A DNA stretch of 64,000 bases from Setoptus koraiensis (Eukaryota > Animalia > Arthropoda), in contig CM106585.1 in assembly GCA_048013815.1 (NCBI GenBank), forward strand, positions 15,128,001 to 15,192,000. Direction: 5' to 3'. The position numbers and the translations under genes were made by a program. Under the pieces are notes generated by a model, which was given only the letters and a program-made list of their open reading frames with translations, made no database searches and was not told the origin of the DNA. Positions 31,535 to 44,300 of this stretch are shown piece after piece (positions within the stretch are counted from its first letter, which is position 1; every line of letters starts with the position of its first letter).

Positions 31535-32326
31535 CCAACCAACTTATTCACCTGTAATATGCACAAGCACAAACAACAGTAGCAAGGTTAATATCAAGCG
31601 GCAATCTTCTATATCAGGCGATAACATCAGCGTCTACATCAAGCAGCAACAACATCAGCAACAATGGAAACATTATCGAGAATACATCTCATCCTAATCT
31701 CAATAGTCTTTACACCTGTCTATACCTATATAGCGACGTCATCATTAGTTCATCATCTGCCATCGCGCGGTACTATAGTTTTATTGGGCAAGCCCAATCG
31801 GAGGGATTCAGTCTAGATAAAAATCAACGAAGAGAAGGGGAGGAGGCGGCGCAAACAAATATGCCTTCAGCGTCGCAACGGAGTAAAGAAAATAATTCAA
31901 ACATGTATATACATACATACATACACCAGCATATATGTTCAAGTATTTAGTTGTTATGATCAAGAAATTGTTCTTCTTTGTTTTTGTTTTTGCTATATTA
32001 TCACTATTGTTTATTACCATTATCGATTATCATCATCATCACAAAGTATCACTTGCTATCATCCAAAGAGCAAACGATTACTACAGCTATTGCCGCCACT
32101 TAGATTAGAGTGTTATCATCTATTTGTGTAAATTTTTTGTGAAAAATTGTTCGTTTCGCAATGTCGGTAGTAATTGAGATTTTTAGGCGCATATAGAGAT
32201 AGAGAGAGATAATACATCACGGATAATAATTTAAAAACAATAATAACAATCAATAATCACTGTTTTGACCGTGTTACATTTATAATAATGTTAAAATTTC
32301 CTAATAACAATTTATTGTCGTTGCTG

Positions 32327-35300
32327 CTATCTTATTTCGCCCAATTCTGAAGAGTCCATTTGTTGTTGTTGCCTGCTGGCGGTATTTCCGGTAGAGCTCG
32401 ATTGGCTTATATTGGCTTGGAGATTTGTGCTACTGGTAGTGAGCGGTAGATTGTTTTTAACGTTTCCAGTTGAGTTTGGGTTGGCCCTCTTGCCTGTCAG
32501 GTAGAAAGTCATCAATTTTCCCTTGCCTTTAACCAGCACCAGGCCACGTTGATCGAATACGTAATCGAAATGCTCTAGAATCCTGGCGGTTTCCTCAACA
32601 ACCTACACACACAAAACAAGATAAGATGAGTCATTTCGACAGCAAAACAACAATGTTTGTGCGTGATTTTGCATGGTGATAGAGGAACAATAGAGAGAAA
32701 AGATGGCATCGGATTAGCGAGGCTTCAACAGAGAGAGCGAGACACATGAGAGAGGGGGAGGGAACATTGTTGCAAATTAGATGCCCAGAGGAGAGATTTA
32801 AAATAAACTGTCTACAATGTATACGATTGGGCCAGGAATAAAGGTTGACCATCATCGATAAATGATAATTGAGGATTCTCGGCTGTGGCTAGACTGGCGG
32901 TCACAAGATGCGGCTGCTCGTGTTGTTCGCGATTGGGTTAGCTGGCAACAAACAACAATTAGACTGATAGTATACTGATGGTTGGACGGATAACACATAG
33001 ATTCCACAAGATTTATCAATTAACAGATATCGCACACAATGTTTGTCTCGATTGTTTATGCTAACTGGAACACCTCACGATAGCGCGTCTTGTGCACCAA
33101 TTGTTGAATTGAATTTTTGTCTATTCACAGCAACTTTAATAAGAACGAAGACACTTTAGACAGCAACTAAATAAATAAACAGTGTTGTTGTTTACCAGCG
33201 CGCGATCATAAACAAATGACATGTTGCAATCTGATGAAAATAATGATGATGCTGATATGTGCTGATATCTCAATGATTATCAATTGTGTATAGCATAACA
33301 GTAATCATAATGAAAAATTGTGAGCTGTTCAGACACCGCACAACCGTACTGTTATTTTGTGATCGACGCGCCCTAGATAAGAGGGCGATGGGCGTCGGCC
33401 CAGCTCAGCCGACTAAATCTAATGTTTAATCTTGTTGCTGTCCATTTGTTGACAGCAACAGCAGGCTCAAACTATAACAAATGACGCTGTGTGGCATTGA
33501 ACGGGGCAAGGATATCTCGTTTCAGGGGATCGCATCGATCATAATCGGATGTTTGGCTCTGTGGCGGTTTGTAGGTCTGGACGACGTTTTCTGGATGCTG
33601 CGGCGGGCCTCGTGACAAGAGTGGAAGAGTTCGCGCGCGACGCCGATGAATCATTGTCATGAGTTTGTTGCAGAGCTTGCCCGATAATTACACCGCAGCC
33701 GCTGGAGGCGGCAGAGGGCGCACGAGACAGTGTGCAAAATCAACAGCAACAACAACGACAGATTCACATACCGCGCTACACTGGATATCGCCGATATCCA
33801 GCCCAGCGTCGCCTATGGCCAGCGTCGCATAAATGCGCCAGTCGGATGTGTCAACAGTGGCGCGTAGATCGCTTGCATCACCTCTGTAAATTAAATTTAT
33901 CTGTCAACTGTCAAGTTGGACATTGCGGCAACACGCCACTGGCGATGCCGATAAACAAAGTTGCCGATAAACAAAGTTGCCGATAAACAAAGTCTGGCCC
34001 CATGGCGCGTTTCTGGCACTTGGCGTGCAACTTGGCGAGCAACTTGGCGACTTGTGACGCGACGCGTTGTTGTGCGGCCATTTGGCCCTGTTATCTGGTG
34101 AAACGCGAGTCGCGACACTAATCGTCGTCTCGTCTGCGACTTGTTTACCGACCAGCGAGCGTAACACGACAATAATTATCAGCAATTAATTATCTATCGC
34201 GATAATTAATTATCTATCGACTAGCGACGAGCAGTGATGCATTATGGCGCGCAAACATTATCATTATTAGTGCTGCCGCGGATCATTAGTATCAAGTTGG
34301 TATCAACTTGCTTGTTGCAACAGTGAGCCGGTAGCGTCGCCATCGAGCCGGCAAGCCAACGACAACGACAACAACAACGACAACAACAACGGCAACGACA
34401 ACGACGATTATCCAACTCGCAGCGGCTAGACATTGACACCGAGACGCGTGACGTCATTATTTGGCAGTTCATTGGCACATGTGTCTCGTTGGCGTTGCGT
34501 CGCGTCGTATTTCGGCAGCCGACACTGCGACTGATTGGCGGCCAGCGTGCGCACAAAATTACATCAATAATTTAATTTTGTCACTCGCAATGTCGAATCA
34601 ATTTGTAAATGGGCGCCAATCAGTCAATTGATTTGCGTCGTGTGACTTTTGGAGGCGCAAGTTGCGACTCACGAGTTGCGACTCACGAGTTGCGACCCAC
34701 AAACTGCGACCGGCGACCGGCGAGCTGTGAGCCCGAGCGTGCCCGTGCATGCCGGCCGGCCGAGCCCCAAGGCACCGACATGCACGGTTTGTTTGTCGAC
34801 ACGGCGGCTTGTCGAATAACAAGTGCATGATATTAGATATATTTCTGTATGGGCGCCCCCTCGAGCGGATAATTGCTGCCGACTGCTCTTACCTGAATGG
34901 ATCCGGCGCGTCCGGTCGACTCCATGCGACTGGCAACATTGACAGTGTTGCCCCCTGCGATACGTGATAAACATGCGGACATGTTGTTGTTGTTGTTGTT
35001 TGCACAGTTTTTGTTTGTTGTATATTGATGAGCGGTGTTGGCATCGGTAATAAGTGTGTGTCGAGCCAGCCAGGGGATAAGTCGAGGATAAGTGTGTCGA
35101 GGGCATAAAAAGGCAGAGACAAGGAGAGACGAAGGAGGAATAAATTTGAGTAATTTCAATAGTATTAGAGCGTTTGATAATTTATTTTGTCTGTTTGTTT
35201 GTGCCGGCGCAACAACTCAATCATGGGCCATTATTTTCGCATCGTCGTCGCAAATGACGCCCAACACAACATAAGATATATCATGAGTTTGTTTTTGTGC

Positions 35301-38300
35301 TTTTGGCTTTATTTGCTCAAAAGTTGAGCTGACCAGCGCGACTTTTGGGCCGCCGATTCGCTGATTCGATTCACCGCTGGCCACTGCGCACTCTGGCCAG
35401 CCCGCACTCTGGCCAGTGCGCGCTGTGGGCACTCCAGCGGCTCGGCAAGCAGCGCCAATAACCGACGAGGCGAGCGTGCCTCGACTATTCGACGAGACTC
35501 GTCGCAGCAGCCAGTCGCCAGCCTCAAAACTGGCCCAAAGGCGCCCCTCAAAACCGGCCCAAAGGCGCCCCTCTAAACTGGCCCAAAACGGCGACCGGCA
35601 AGACGGCGCGCCAGCAGCCGAGAGCGACCAGAGTCGAGTTAACAGCAAATAATAATGCAAGAGTAACTCTTATTTTCGTGCCGAGGAGCCCCCCTATTAG
35701 CGACACAAACGCAAACCGTTTGGGCGCGCGCCAACTTTATAACTCGATAGTAATAGGAATATATTTTATGTTTGTTTGTTTTTGCCACTCCGCGCGCCAT
35801 CTCATCCGCGGCCACATAATGTGCGCGACTTGTGCCGCCACACGACCGCGTCGCTATACGATGTCGCTATACGATGTCGCTATGTCCCTGCGTCGCCATA
35901 CGATGTCGCTATACGACGCTATACGACGCTATACGACGCTGTGTGCCGCTACGATTGCGTCGCCATACAACGGCCGCTGCACGGCGCTCCAGTTTAAAAC
36001 GGGGGCCCCGTGCGCCGGCTCGCAGGCCGGCCTGTCTCGTCCGCAACAATGCCCAGGGCCCAATATGTCGTGTGGCTGTTGTTTTCAATAAAAACGTGCC
36101 CCGCCAGACATTTCCGGCGGCGATACATGTCCCATTATTGCTGGTGCCATTAGCGACAATACACAACGGGATTGTTCGTTTGGCGTGTGCGGCGCATCGG
36201 CGTGCCTTTTTCGGCGTGCCGGTCTCTTCGGTTTTTTCGGGCCGGTTTTTTCGGGCTGGTTTTTTCGGGCCGGCTTGCGCGGGCCGGCTTTTAGGGCTGG
36301 CTAGCGCGGGCCGGCTTTTTAGGGCCGGCTAGCGCGGGCCGGTTTTTTCGGGCTCGTGTCGTCAGCCCGCGCACCATCAAACAGCGTCGGTCGTTGCCAG
36401 CAACAAACATGTCTGCACTGTCTGTATGTCGCTGTCCGTATGCCGTGTACGTCCAAATGGCGCCCCCTGGCCAGATATTGGCCCCATAAGTGGGGGCCAG
36501 ATGCACGAGCAGAGCTGGCCGGCAGCACACATTGCAAGAGTTATCTGGATATATCATGGATGTGCGCAGATATCGTGGCTCATGAATTCCCATCACGGAC
36601 CCATCGGCTGTTTTGTTTTTCGGCTCTCTTTTTGTTGGGGCCCCTCGTGGGCTGCTCGCCCAGCGGCCTGTCGGTCAGTCACTGATGACGCAACACCGAT
36701 ACAGGCACAAGCAGCAGCGGCGGTGATTACAGTTATAAAAGTACATATATATATTTATTTATATATGGTTGCGTCGTTGATGATAGTTGCTGTCAAATAG
36801 TTGCTGTGCTGTGACAAAGCTCGCCACGGCGGGCTCGCTGGCGCCCGCTGGCGGCCGCTGCGTTGCGCCAGCGTTGGCCAGTGGTAGACAAGAGCGACCA
36901 GATAATGACATAATGATATTATTATTATATCATTTTACTCTTGTGTGTGTTGTTAATGTTATCATCGTGCAAACGCGGGGCGCGCCCGTCAATTGCGGCC
37001 GGCACGAGCGAAAATTGAGGCCGGCGCAATATCGCACTGGCGACTGGATGGTCAATTGCACGTACGCGCAATGTGTGTGTTTCAAGGTTAAGATGATACA
37101 TAAACTGTCGCGCTGGCCCACATAATACATGAGCTGGCTCGTGTCGGGGCCAGGCGGGCCCATTTATATAGATTTAGCATATAAATAATATATATATATA
37201 TATCTGTTTTTGTGTCGCTATCTGGGCCCATTAATCTCATCCATCTCTCGCCATCGGGCTCGCCATTGCGCGCTGCAATGTTGGCTGGCCGCAGCGCGCG
37301 CACAGCGGGACAGGTGAGCAGCACGTGCGCGTGCGGTGCGCACGTACCTGTGCCGCTGTCACTGGGCCGTTGTGACAGTGGCTCTGGACAGTCGCTTAGT
37401 AAGCCCGCTCAATCACATTGTGCGATTGTGCCACTTGTTTGTGCCGCTTGTGTGCCCACAACATCTGTTTGTTTGTAGCGATATATCTGATCGAGTTGCG
37501 GATATAACGACGAGAGCGGGCCGGCTGGTCGCTACGTGCCCGCTGGCTACGGCCGCCCGCCTTATACAATAACACACACATATAAACTGTGGGTACTTAC
37601 ACATATCAAAATGGGGCTTCTTCACTCCAATTACTCCGGCCGTTATAGGGCCCTGATTTATTCCTGGCAGCATTAATCGGTGGACGAAACAAAGAGCGAG
37701 AGTTAGTGCAATTGAATTGACACTGGTCACTTGGTAGGTATTGTGGCCAGTGGCGCGCGCCACCATTAACAACACTATTAACGGTCGGGCCGGTTATGCA
37801 ATGCGCCCCTGACGCACAGTGTAACAACGGACAAGATAAACAGTGGCGATTGTGCTCGCTCGGCGGCGCCCTAATTGGCGCGAGCGCCGCGATAAATATC
37901 TGGGCGGGCGGGCAGAGCGCCGCGATAAATATCTGGGCGGGCGGGCGGGCAGAGCGCCGAGATAAATATCGCCGGACTGGCGGGGGAGCGCCGGCCAGCA
38001 AGGCAGATAAACATGGGGCCGGAAAGGGAGATGAAGACGGGCCAAGGGAGATGAAGACGGGCCAAGGGAGATGAAGACGGGCCAAGGGAGATGAAGAGGG
38101 ACTCACCCATTCGCAGCACTAAATTATTAAACGATTCCTTGTTGATATTGTTCAATGTCTCTTTTAATGCCAGGGCAAACTCGGTCAATTGACTGAGATG
38201 CTTCCATTTTCGCTTGATGGCCGCCACCGAGTCGCCGTGGCCGTTATTGGTGTCATTATCGGCGTTGTTGGTGGTGCCATCCAGTTGCTGTTGTTGCTGC

Positions 38301-41300
38301 TGCTGGGCCTGGCAGTCCTCCTCGTGCAAGCCGCTGGCCGCCATATAGGTGGAGCTTATTGTTTTGATCTTGATGATGTTCTTAAAGCGGGCCTGATCGA
38401 GCAGGGCGTCGTAATCGCTTATGACCTCATTCAGGAATCGCAAACACTCCAGGCCCTGATTGTTGACCGATTCCTCTGTGTAAAAGTCGCTAAAGTTTGG
38501 CATGGCCGCGAACAGCACCCCAACAGCGTCGTAGCTTTTGCTGTACAACTCTTCGTCGTTTATCCGCTTGCCCAAAAAGATTTTGGCAACATTGGGCGGC
38601 AGAATGTTGTAGACGAGCGCCTCGTTTTTGCATCGCATGTCGGCCACCTTCTCCTTGCGCTGTTCCACCTGTTTGCGCCACAGAAACAGGCGCCGGTTGG
38701 TGAGCTCGAACTGACGCAGCAACGGATAATCGATTATTATTAGTTTGTGTCAGTATTTTCGTCAGTATTATTGTTATTGGTATTGTGTGCATCTCGTTCG
38801 AGTCGAGCCAACGCGCTTACACGACTACTCACCTGTCGGTTGATTATGAACAGCGCCAGCGCCACCGTGAATACGGTTATGGTCAGCGTGTAATTGATGC
38901 CAAGCCGCGACACGGCCACGTAAAGGGGCTCCAGTTTGCTGGGCATGTAAGCTAAAATGTTGGACATGACAGTGGTCGCTGAGGCGACTGTCAGATTATT
39001 CAAATTGTTGTTGTTCAAATAGGACGGAATGGGCTGCAGTTGTGTGCTGTTGCTGTTGTCAATCATTGTTTGGTTGCCGCTTGCCGCCATCACCAGATTC
39101 ATTTGTGACAGCAGAACCTGCTCGAGGCTGGTAAAGTTGAGAATTGCCTGTATTACGACCACTATCGATATGATCAGTGATTTCACCAGGTGACTGATGC
39201 GCACAATGGCCTTCGCGCGCATAGTAAAAACAAAAACAATTAATTAAAATTAATCAATCAGCTTATCAATACTGCTCATATGTTGCTGCACTGCATACTG
39301 ATGCATGTGATGGCTTTTTGATTGATTGTTTGCTCATTTGGTCACTTCCGGTTCACTTGCGGCTCACTTGCGGCTCACTTGCGCTCTACTTACGGTTATG
39401 CTGAGAATGCAAGCGATGGAGAAATAGGTATAATAGTGAGAACCGTTGTTTGTCGGACTGTAATAATAAGAGTCATAATTGCTATAATTGATCACATTTG
39501 CGTTGTTGTTGTTGTTGTCGCCCATTTTGTCATTCAAAATAACTAAAATAGATTTGGCGCTCAAATGCACCGATATTATGTGAGCCAATTGCCAGATGAT
39601 GGTCATAACAGCGGTCAATGTGAGCTTTATCCAGGCACTGTCCCGAATCGTTTGTGCCACGCTCACCATCGAGGCCGGCATCAGCTGTTTACGTGGGAGA
39701 GTATAATTTGTATGCATCATCATTAATTAGTTTGACACTTGGCTTGATTAGCTTTATTCTCGCCATTCTGGCCAGTTATTTGGCCAGTTATGCAACCTGT
39801 TATGTAGCCTGTTGTTATGAGGGTTACATAACTTGGTTGGCGATATTGTTTTGTTGACGGCTTACCTTGTTGGTGTGGTACAGAATGGGCACCACGCAGG
39901 CGAGCACGATGCCCACCAGGGTGGCTATGCACAACACGTACACGAGGGCCACTTCAAGCCGGCTGATTGAGGCGCGTAGATTTAGTGGTTATTCGCATTT
40001 AGTGGTTATTCGGATTTAGTGGTTATTCGGATGGCGATTTATTGGTTCATTGTCGGTTGGCACGGTTACACACAAAACAAACAAAACAGCCGAGAGACGA
40101 GATAAATAATAGTGTTAATAATTGTTAATTCATCATCGCAGTTAGTTGTTGAGCGATTACACAAACAAACGAGATAGACACACGAGATAGACACACGAGA
40201 CTGACACACGAGACTGACAAATTAGACTGGTCAAATTAGAAAAACTAGACATATCACACAAGCGACGACGACAAGCGACGACGACAAGCGACTTCCGGTG
40301 CGCAGCGAATGTCATGCGCGCCAATTTATACTGTTTGTAAGGGGAGATAATTAATTTATAGTTGAGCAGGTGGCCGGCCAACTGTTTAGTTAATTGATTC
40401 GCTATTATTGTTTCGATTTTGTGTTTTGAAATTCAACCGCGAATTGAACTGCCAAGTGGACTGCCAATTGAACTGCGATTCGGACTGCGAATCGGACTGC
40501 AAATTGAAGTGGCAAAGCGTAGCAAAAGCATTGATGCACCAAAAGTCGCCTGGCCAACATTGCGACCAACACGCCGGCCAATAGCGGCCCATGCAGCCGA
40601 TATTGGCCGAGCATCATTCGGCAATGGGGGCCCCACTAATTTCAGCGCTGCCAGCCAGCTGCACGGCTTGGCGATAAGCTGTGTGCGCGAACGGGGGCCC
40701 ACACTACAAAATGATGCCCACAAACTAACATAATATTATTACATAATGCAGGTATGCCGGTGCATGCCTGTGTGGCCAGTGTCGCCCAACAGTGTCGCCC
40801 AACAGTGTCGCCCAACAGTGTCGCCAACAGTGTGACAGATAGTGTGACAGATAGTGCGCCAAAGTGCCATGTGGACATGGCCGGAATCGACTTACAGAAG
40901 CTCATAAATCACACATTGTCAATCAATCAATTGAGAGCTTGGTTTGTTTGCTCGCACTTGTGAGTGTGTGCGAGTAACCAAAACAAACAAACTAGCACCG
41001 TCATTCATTAATCATGGCGCCATTCGAGCCGCCCGTCAGTGGGCCGCCAGCGGGCTGGTCAGTGGGCCGCTCAGTCGGCTGGTCAGTGGGCCGCTCAGTG
41101 GGTCGCGAAACGCTCGGCCGATCGCCAGGGCTCAAGTGGACAAGTGCACGAGATGGCGGCTCGGCCGGCTCGAGTGTCGCCCGATCGCTCGGCCTCGAAT
41201 TGGCCGAGCCGCCGCGACTCGAATTGACCGAACGGGACTCGAATTGGCCGAGCCGCGACTCGAAATAACTGGCTGGCCGAAATAACTATTTACATGCGGG

Positions 41301-44300
41301 CGCACTCACAATCGGCTCGCAATCGGCTCACAGTCGAGTGCTCGTGCGGGCTGTCGCTAGATTTGCCCAAGCTCGTGCCAGCGCGCCCTCGAAAATGTCG
41401 GAGACGGAACGGCACACTGCGATTTGTTGACAACTGCATTCTGGCCACATTGCTCACGTAACTTAGGTGCTCTTGGGGCCGGTTACGTGACTTAGTGGGC
41501 TTAAGTCAACAGCGCACTGGCCAGCTCGAGTTGGGCTTTCAGCTTCAGCTTTGAGCTGTTGGCTGGACTTCACTCTGGTTTTGGCTTGGTTTCAGTTTGG
41601 TTTCAGTTTGGTTTCAGTTTGGTTTTAGTCCGCTTTCAGTCGGGTTTGCGCCCATCTGCCCGATCGGGGCCGATGGGCCGCATCGGCCCGCGCCCGCCAG
41701 TGGCGTTGCGGTGATTTGGGCATGATTCGGGCATGATTTCGGGCCGATCGTCGGCATAACACGCCACGGGCGACCCCTATAATATGGGCAAACGCTGGGC
41801 AAACTAGCGCGCACAGTTAATCAACTGGTCTGTCAGGCACGAAGCTTGCCACTGGCCCGCTCCTCTAGCCGGCCGGCAAACGCGAATGGGGCGCCGCCGA
41901 CGGCCAGCTTAGCAGCTCAGCGGTTGCGAACAAAGCGACGTCGGCCACGCCGAAATACCTTAAGCCGGCCACGCCGAAATACCTTAAGCCGGCGCCGTTT
42001 GAGACGGCTCGCTCGTCAGCTCATTGAATTAAAAGCAAATATTCCAATGAATTCATCCCAGTGCCCGATTGCCATCTCCGCGGGGCCCGGCCCGGCCCGT
42101 CTAATTGTTGGCGCTGGCCCGCCGGCGGCCGCGAAGCCCGTTTATAGCCGCCCAATAGGCAGTGACTGGCGGATATAAGCGGCCGTAACCGGTTATAACT
42201 GGTTACACATGTGACTCACACATGATGTGAGGCGCGCATTATGTAATATATATATAGTATATAATATATTTATATTGCATTGCAGCACAATCGCCGGTCG
42301 GCAATAAGTCGCGCCGGGGCCCCTTTTGTGGCTTGCTCGGCGCACCGGATGAGCGGGCTGTCTGGGCGGCTGTGCCGACGGTCTGGCCAACTCGTCGCGC
42401 GCGCCCCCCCCCCCTGACAGTGCCGCCGTCGTCTGACGGGCCCGCCGTCCGACAGTCCGATCGTCAGACAGTGCGATCATGTGACCGTCTGACAGTGCGA
42501 TCATGTGACCGTCTGACAGTCTGATGGTGCGGTCGTCCGGCGTCGGCCCACCACCCTCTGACAGGGTGGCCAACATTCGGGGGGCCGGAATTCGGGCGGC
42601 CGGAATTCGGGGAGCCGCAGGATATCGCGTGTGATGGTATCGCGCGGCGACATCATGCGCCGGCCGCGGTGACAAAACTGGCATCATTTCATTTCGTCCG
42701 TTCGCCCGTTTGCCCGTTTGCCCGTGCCGCCATTATATATCTCATTAGATATCTGGGCCTCACTGGCCGGCCCGCACCGCCGGCCGCGCCACCTGTGCTG
42801 CGCGTCGGGCAACCGCCGGGCCGGCCGGGATATTGGCCTGTCTAGGGCCGGGATATTGGCCTGTCTAGGGCCGGGATATTGGCCTGTCTAGGGCCGGGAT
42901 ATTGGCCTGTCTAGACTGCGCGCAGACAGTGAACGATGACGATATAAATAGCGGCTTTTATCATCTAAAAGTTGTATGAATGGTATTACTTACAATGGCT
43001 GCGTCAGCAGATAAGACGCAAACGAGAAGCTGAGCGTCAGCGGCAAACCCGCCAGCGATATACTGGACGCGATGTCGGCCTCCTCGCGGAATTGTTGCTC
43101 GTAATCGCGATTTCTGAAATTCAAACTCAACGCTCTTATCTGGTGATCCATGCCCCTGTTTTGGCTTCTATTTCTGCTCAATAATTCCTCGTGTAAACGA
43201 CGCTTGTATTCCTCGGGATCGCGAATGGCCCCATCGGCGCTAATAATGGGCCGCTTCTTGGCGGCCGCCTGAGATGATGTTAATTTTGCGGTCAAGTTGT
43301 CCATTGGCACCAATGTGCCACTAGCGCCACCTTCGCCCGACAACGAGCCCAACAATCGCTGTTGCTGATGTGATTTGTGTGCTGATTTGTTGCTGGCGCT
43401 GCTGTTGCCTGGGCCGCTGCTGGCGCCGTCCATCACGAGCTGGCCAGCGGATCCCGGATTGGCCACCAGGGTGACGGTGGTGTTGGTGCCGGAATTGGTG
43501 GCGATCGCCTATCGTTGTTATCCGGCCACAATCAATCAATTTAGTCAATGAGTAGTCGTTGTTTCCAGCGCCGGCCACCAAAAAGGGAGACGGCCACCAA
43601 AAGGGGAGACGGCCACCAAAAGGGGAGACGGCCACCAAAAGGGGAGCCGGCCAAGGGCGAGAGGGCCACCAAAAGGGGAGCCGGCCAAGGGGGAGCGGGG
43701 CGAAAAGACGGAGAGAGAACAAAGGCAATAAGTAAATAGAGCATGTGAGAAATAAATAAAGAATTACGTTCACTTGTTATGTGCAACGTGCTTGTACGTG
43801 CGCGCGTCACTGTCAATTTTCGTTTGTCGCTGTCCCTTATTAATTCTCATTTGTCATCTAGTGTCAGTTGGACAGACAAGCACGAGCGAGCGAGCGAGCA
43901 AACAAACAAACAGATTAACAGACGGCCAGACAAACAAAAAAGTAGCAACAATTTCAGTTGCACTTTGGCAAGCCCAAAGGAAAGATTAGTGAGGCACCGG
44001 CCGTTGTAAATTAACAAGCGGCGCCCCACCGGCCCCAAAATAAAAAGAGCTCGCCAAAGTGTCTGGCTGACCACTCTGGCCGGCCAATTGGGCGCGCAAT
44101 CTGGCCAGAGACGACGGGGGCCCAATCAGCCGATCGGCCTGATTGTTGCGTCCGTGGGCCTCTCCGTAAATCTCGATAGTGGGCCTGTCCGTGGATCTCG
44201 ATAGTGGGCCTCTCCGTGGGGCAGCCACTGCGCACGACACGGGTGCACTGGCACACAAATTGGCGAGACGGCGCGCGGCACACAAATGACCGGAAGTGTC

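Noticed and set aside
31532-31582. Stop-codon readthrough of Rop (TGA-C context)
   Set aside because: Would add only 15 unremarkable residues before a TAG; no supporting signal.
37871-38106. C-terminal part of the 283-aa ORF after LVLRMG
   Set aside because: Intronic 20-bp and 22-26-bp repeats read through in frame; the true exon ends at the GTGAGT donor and continues as GINQGP in the next exon.
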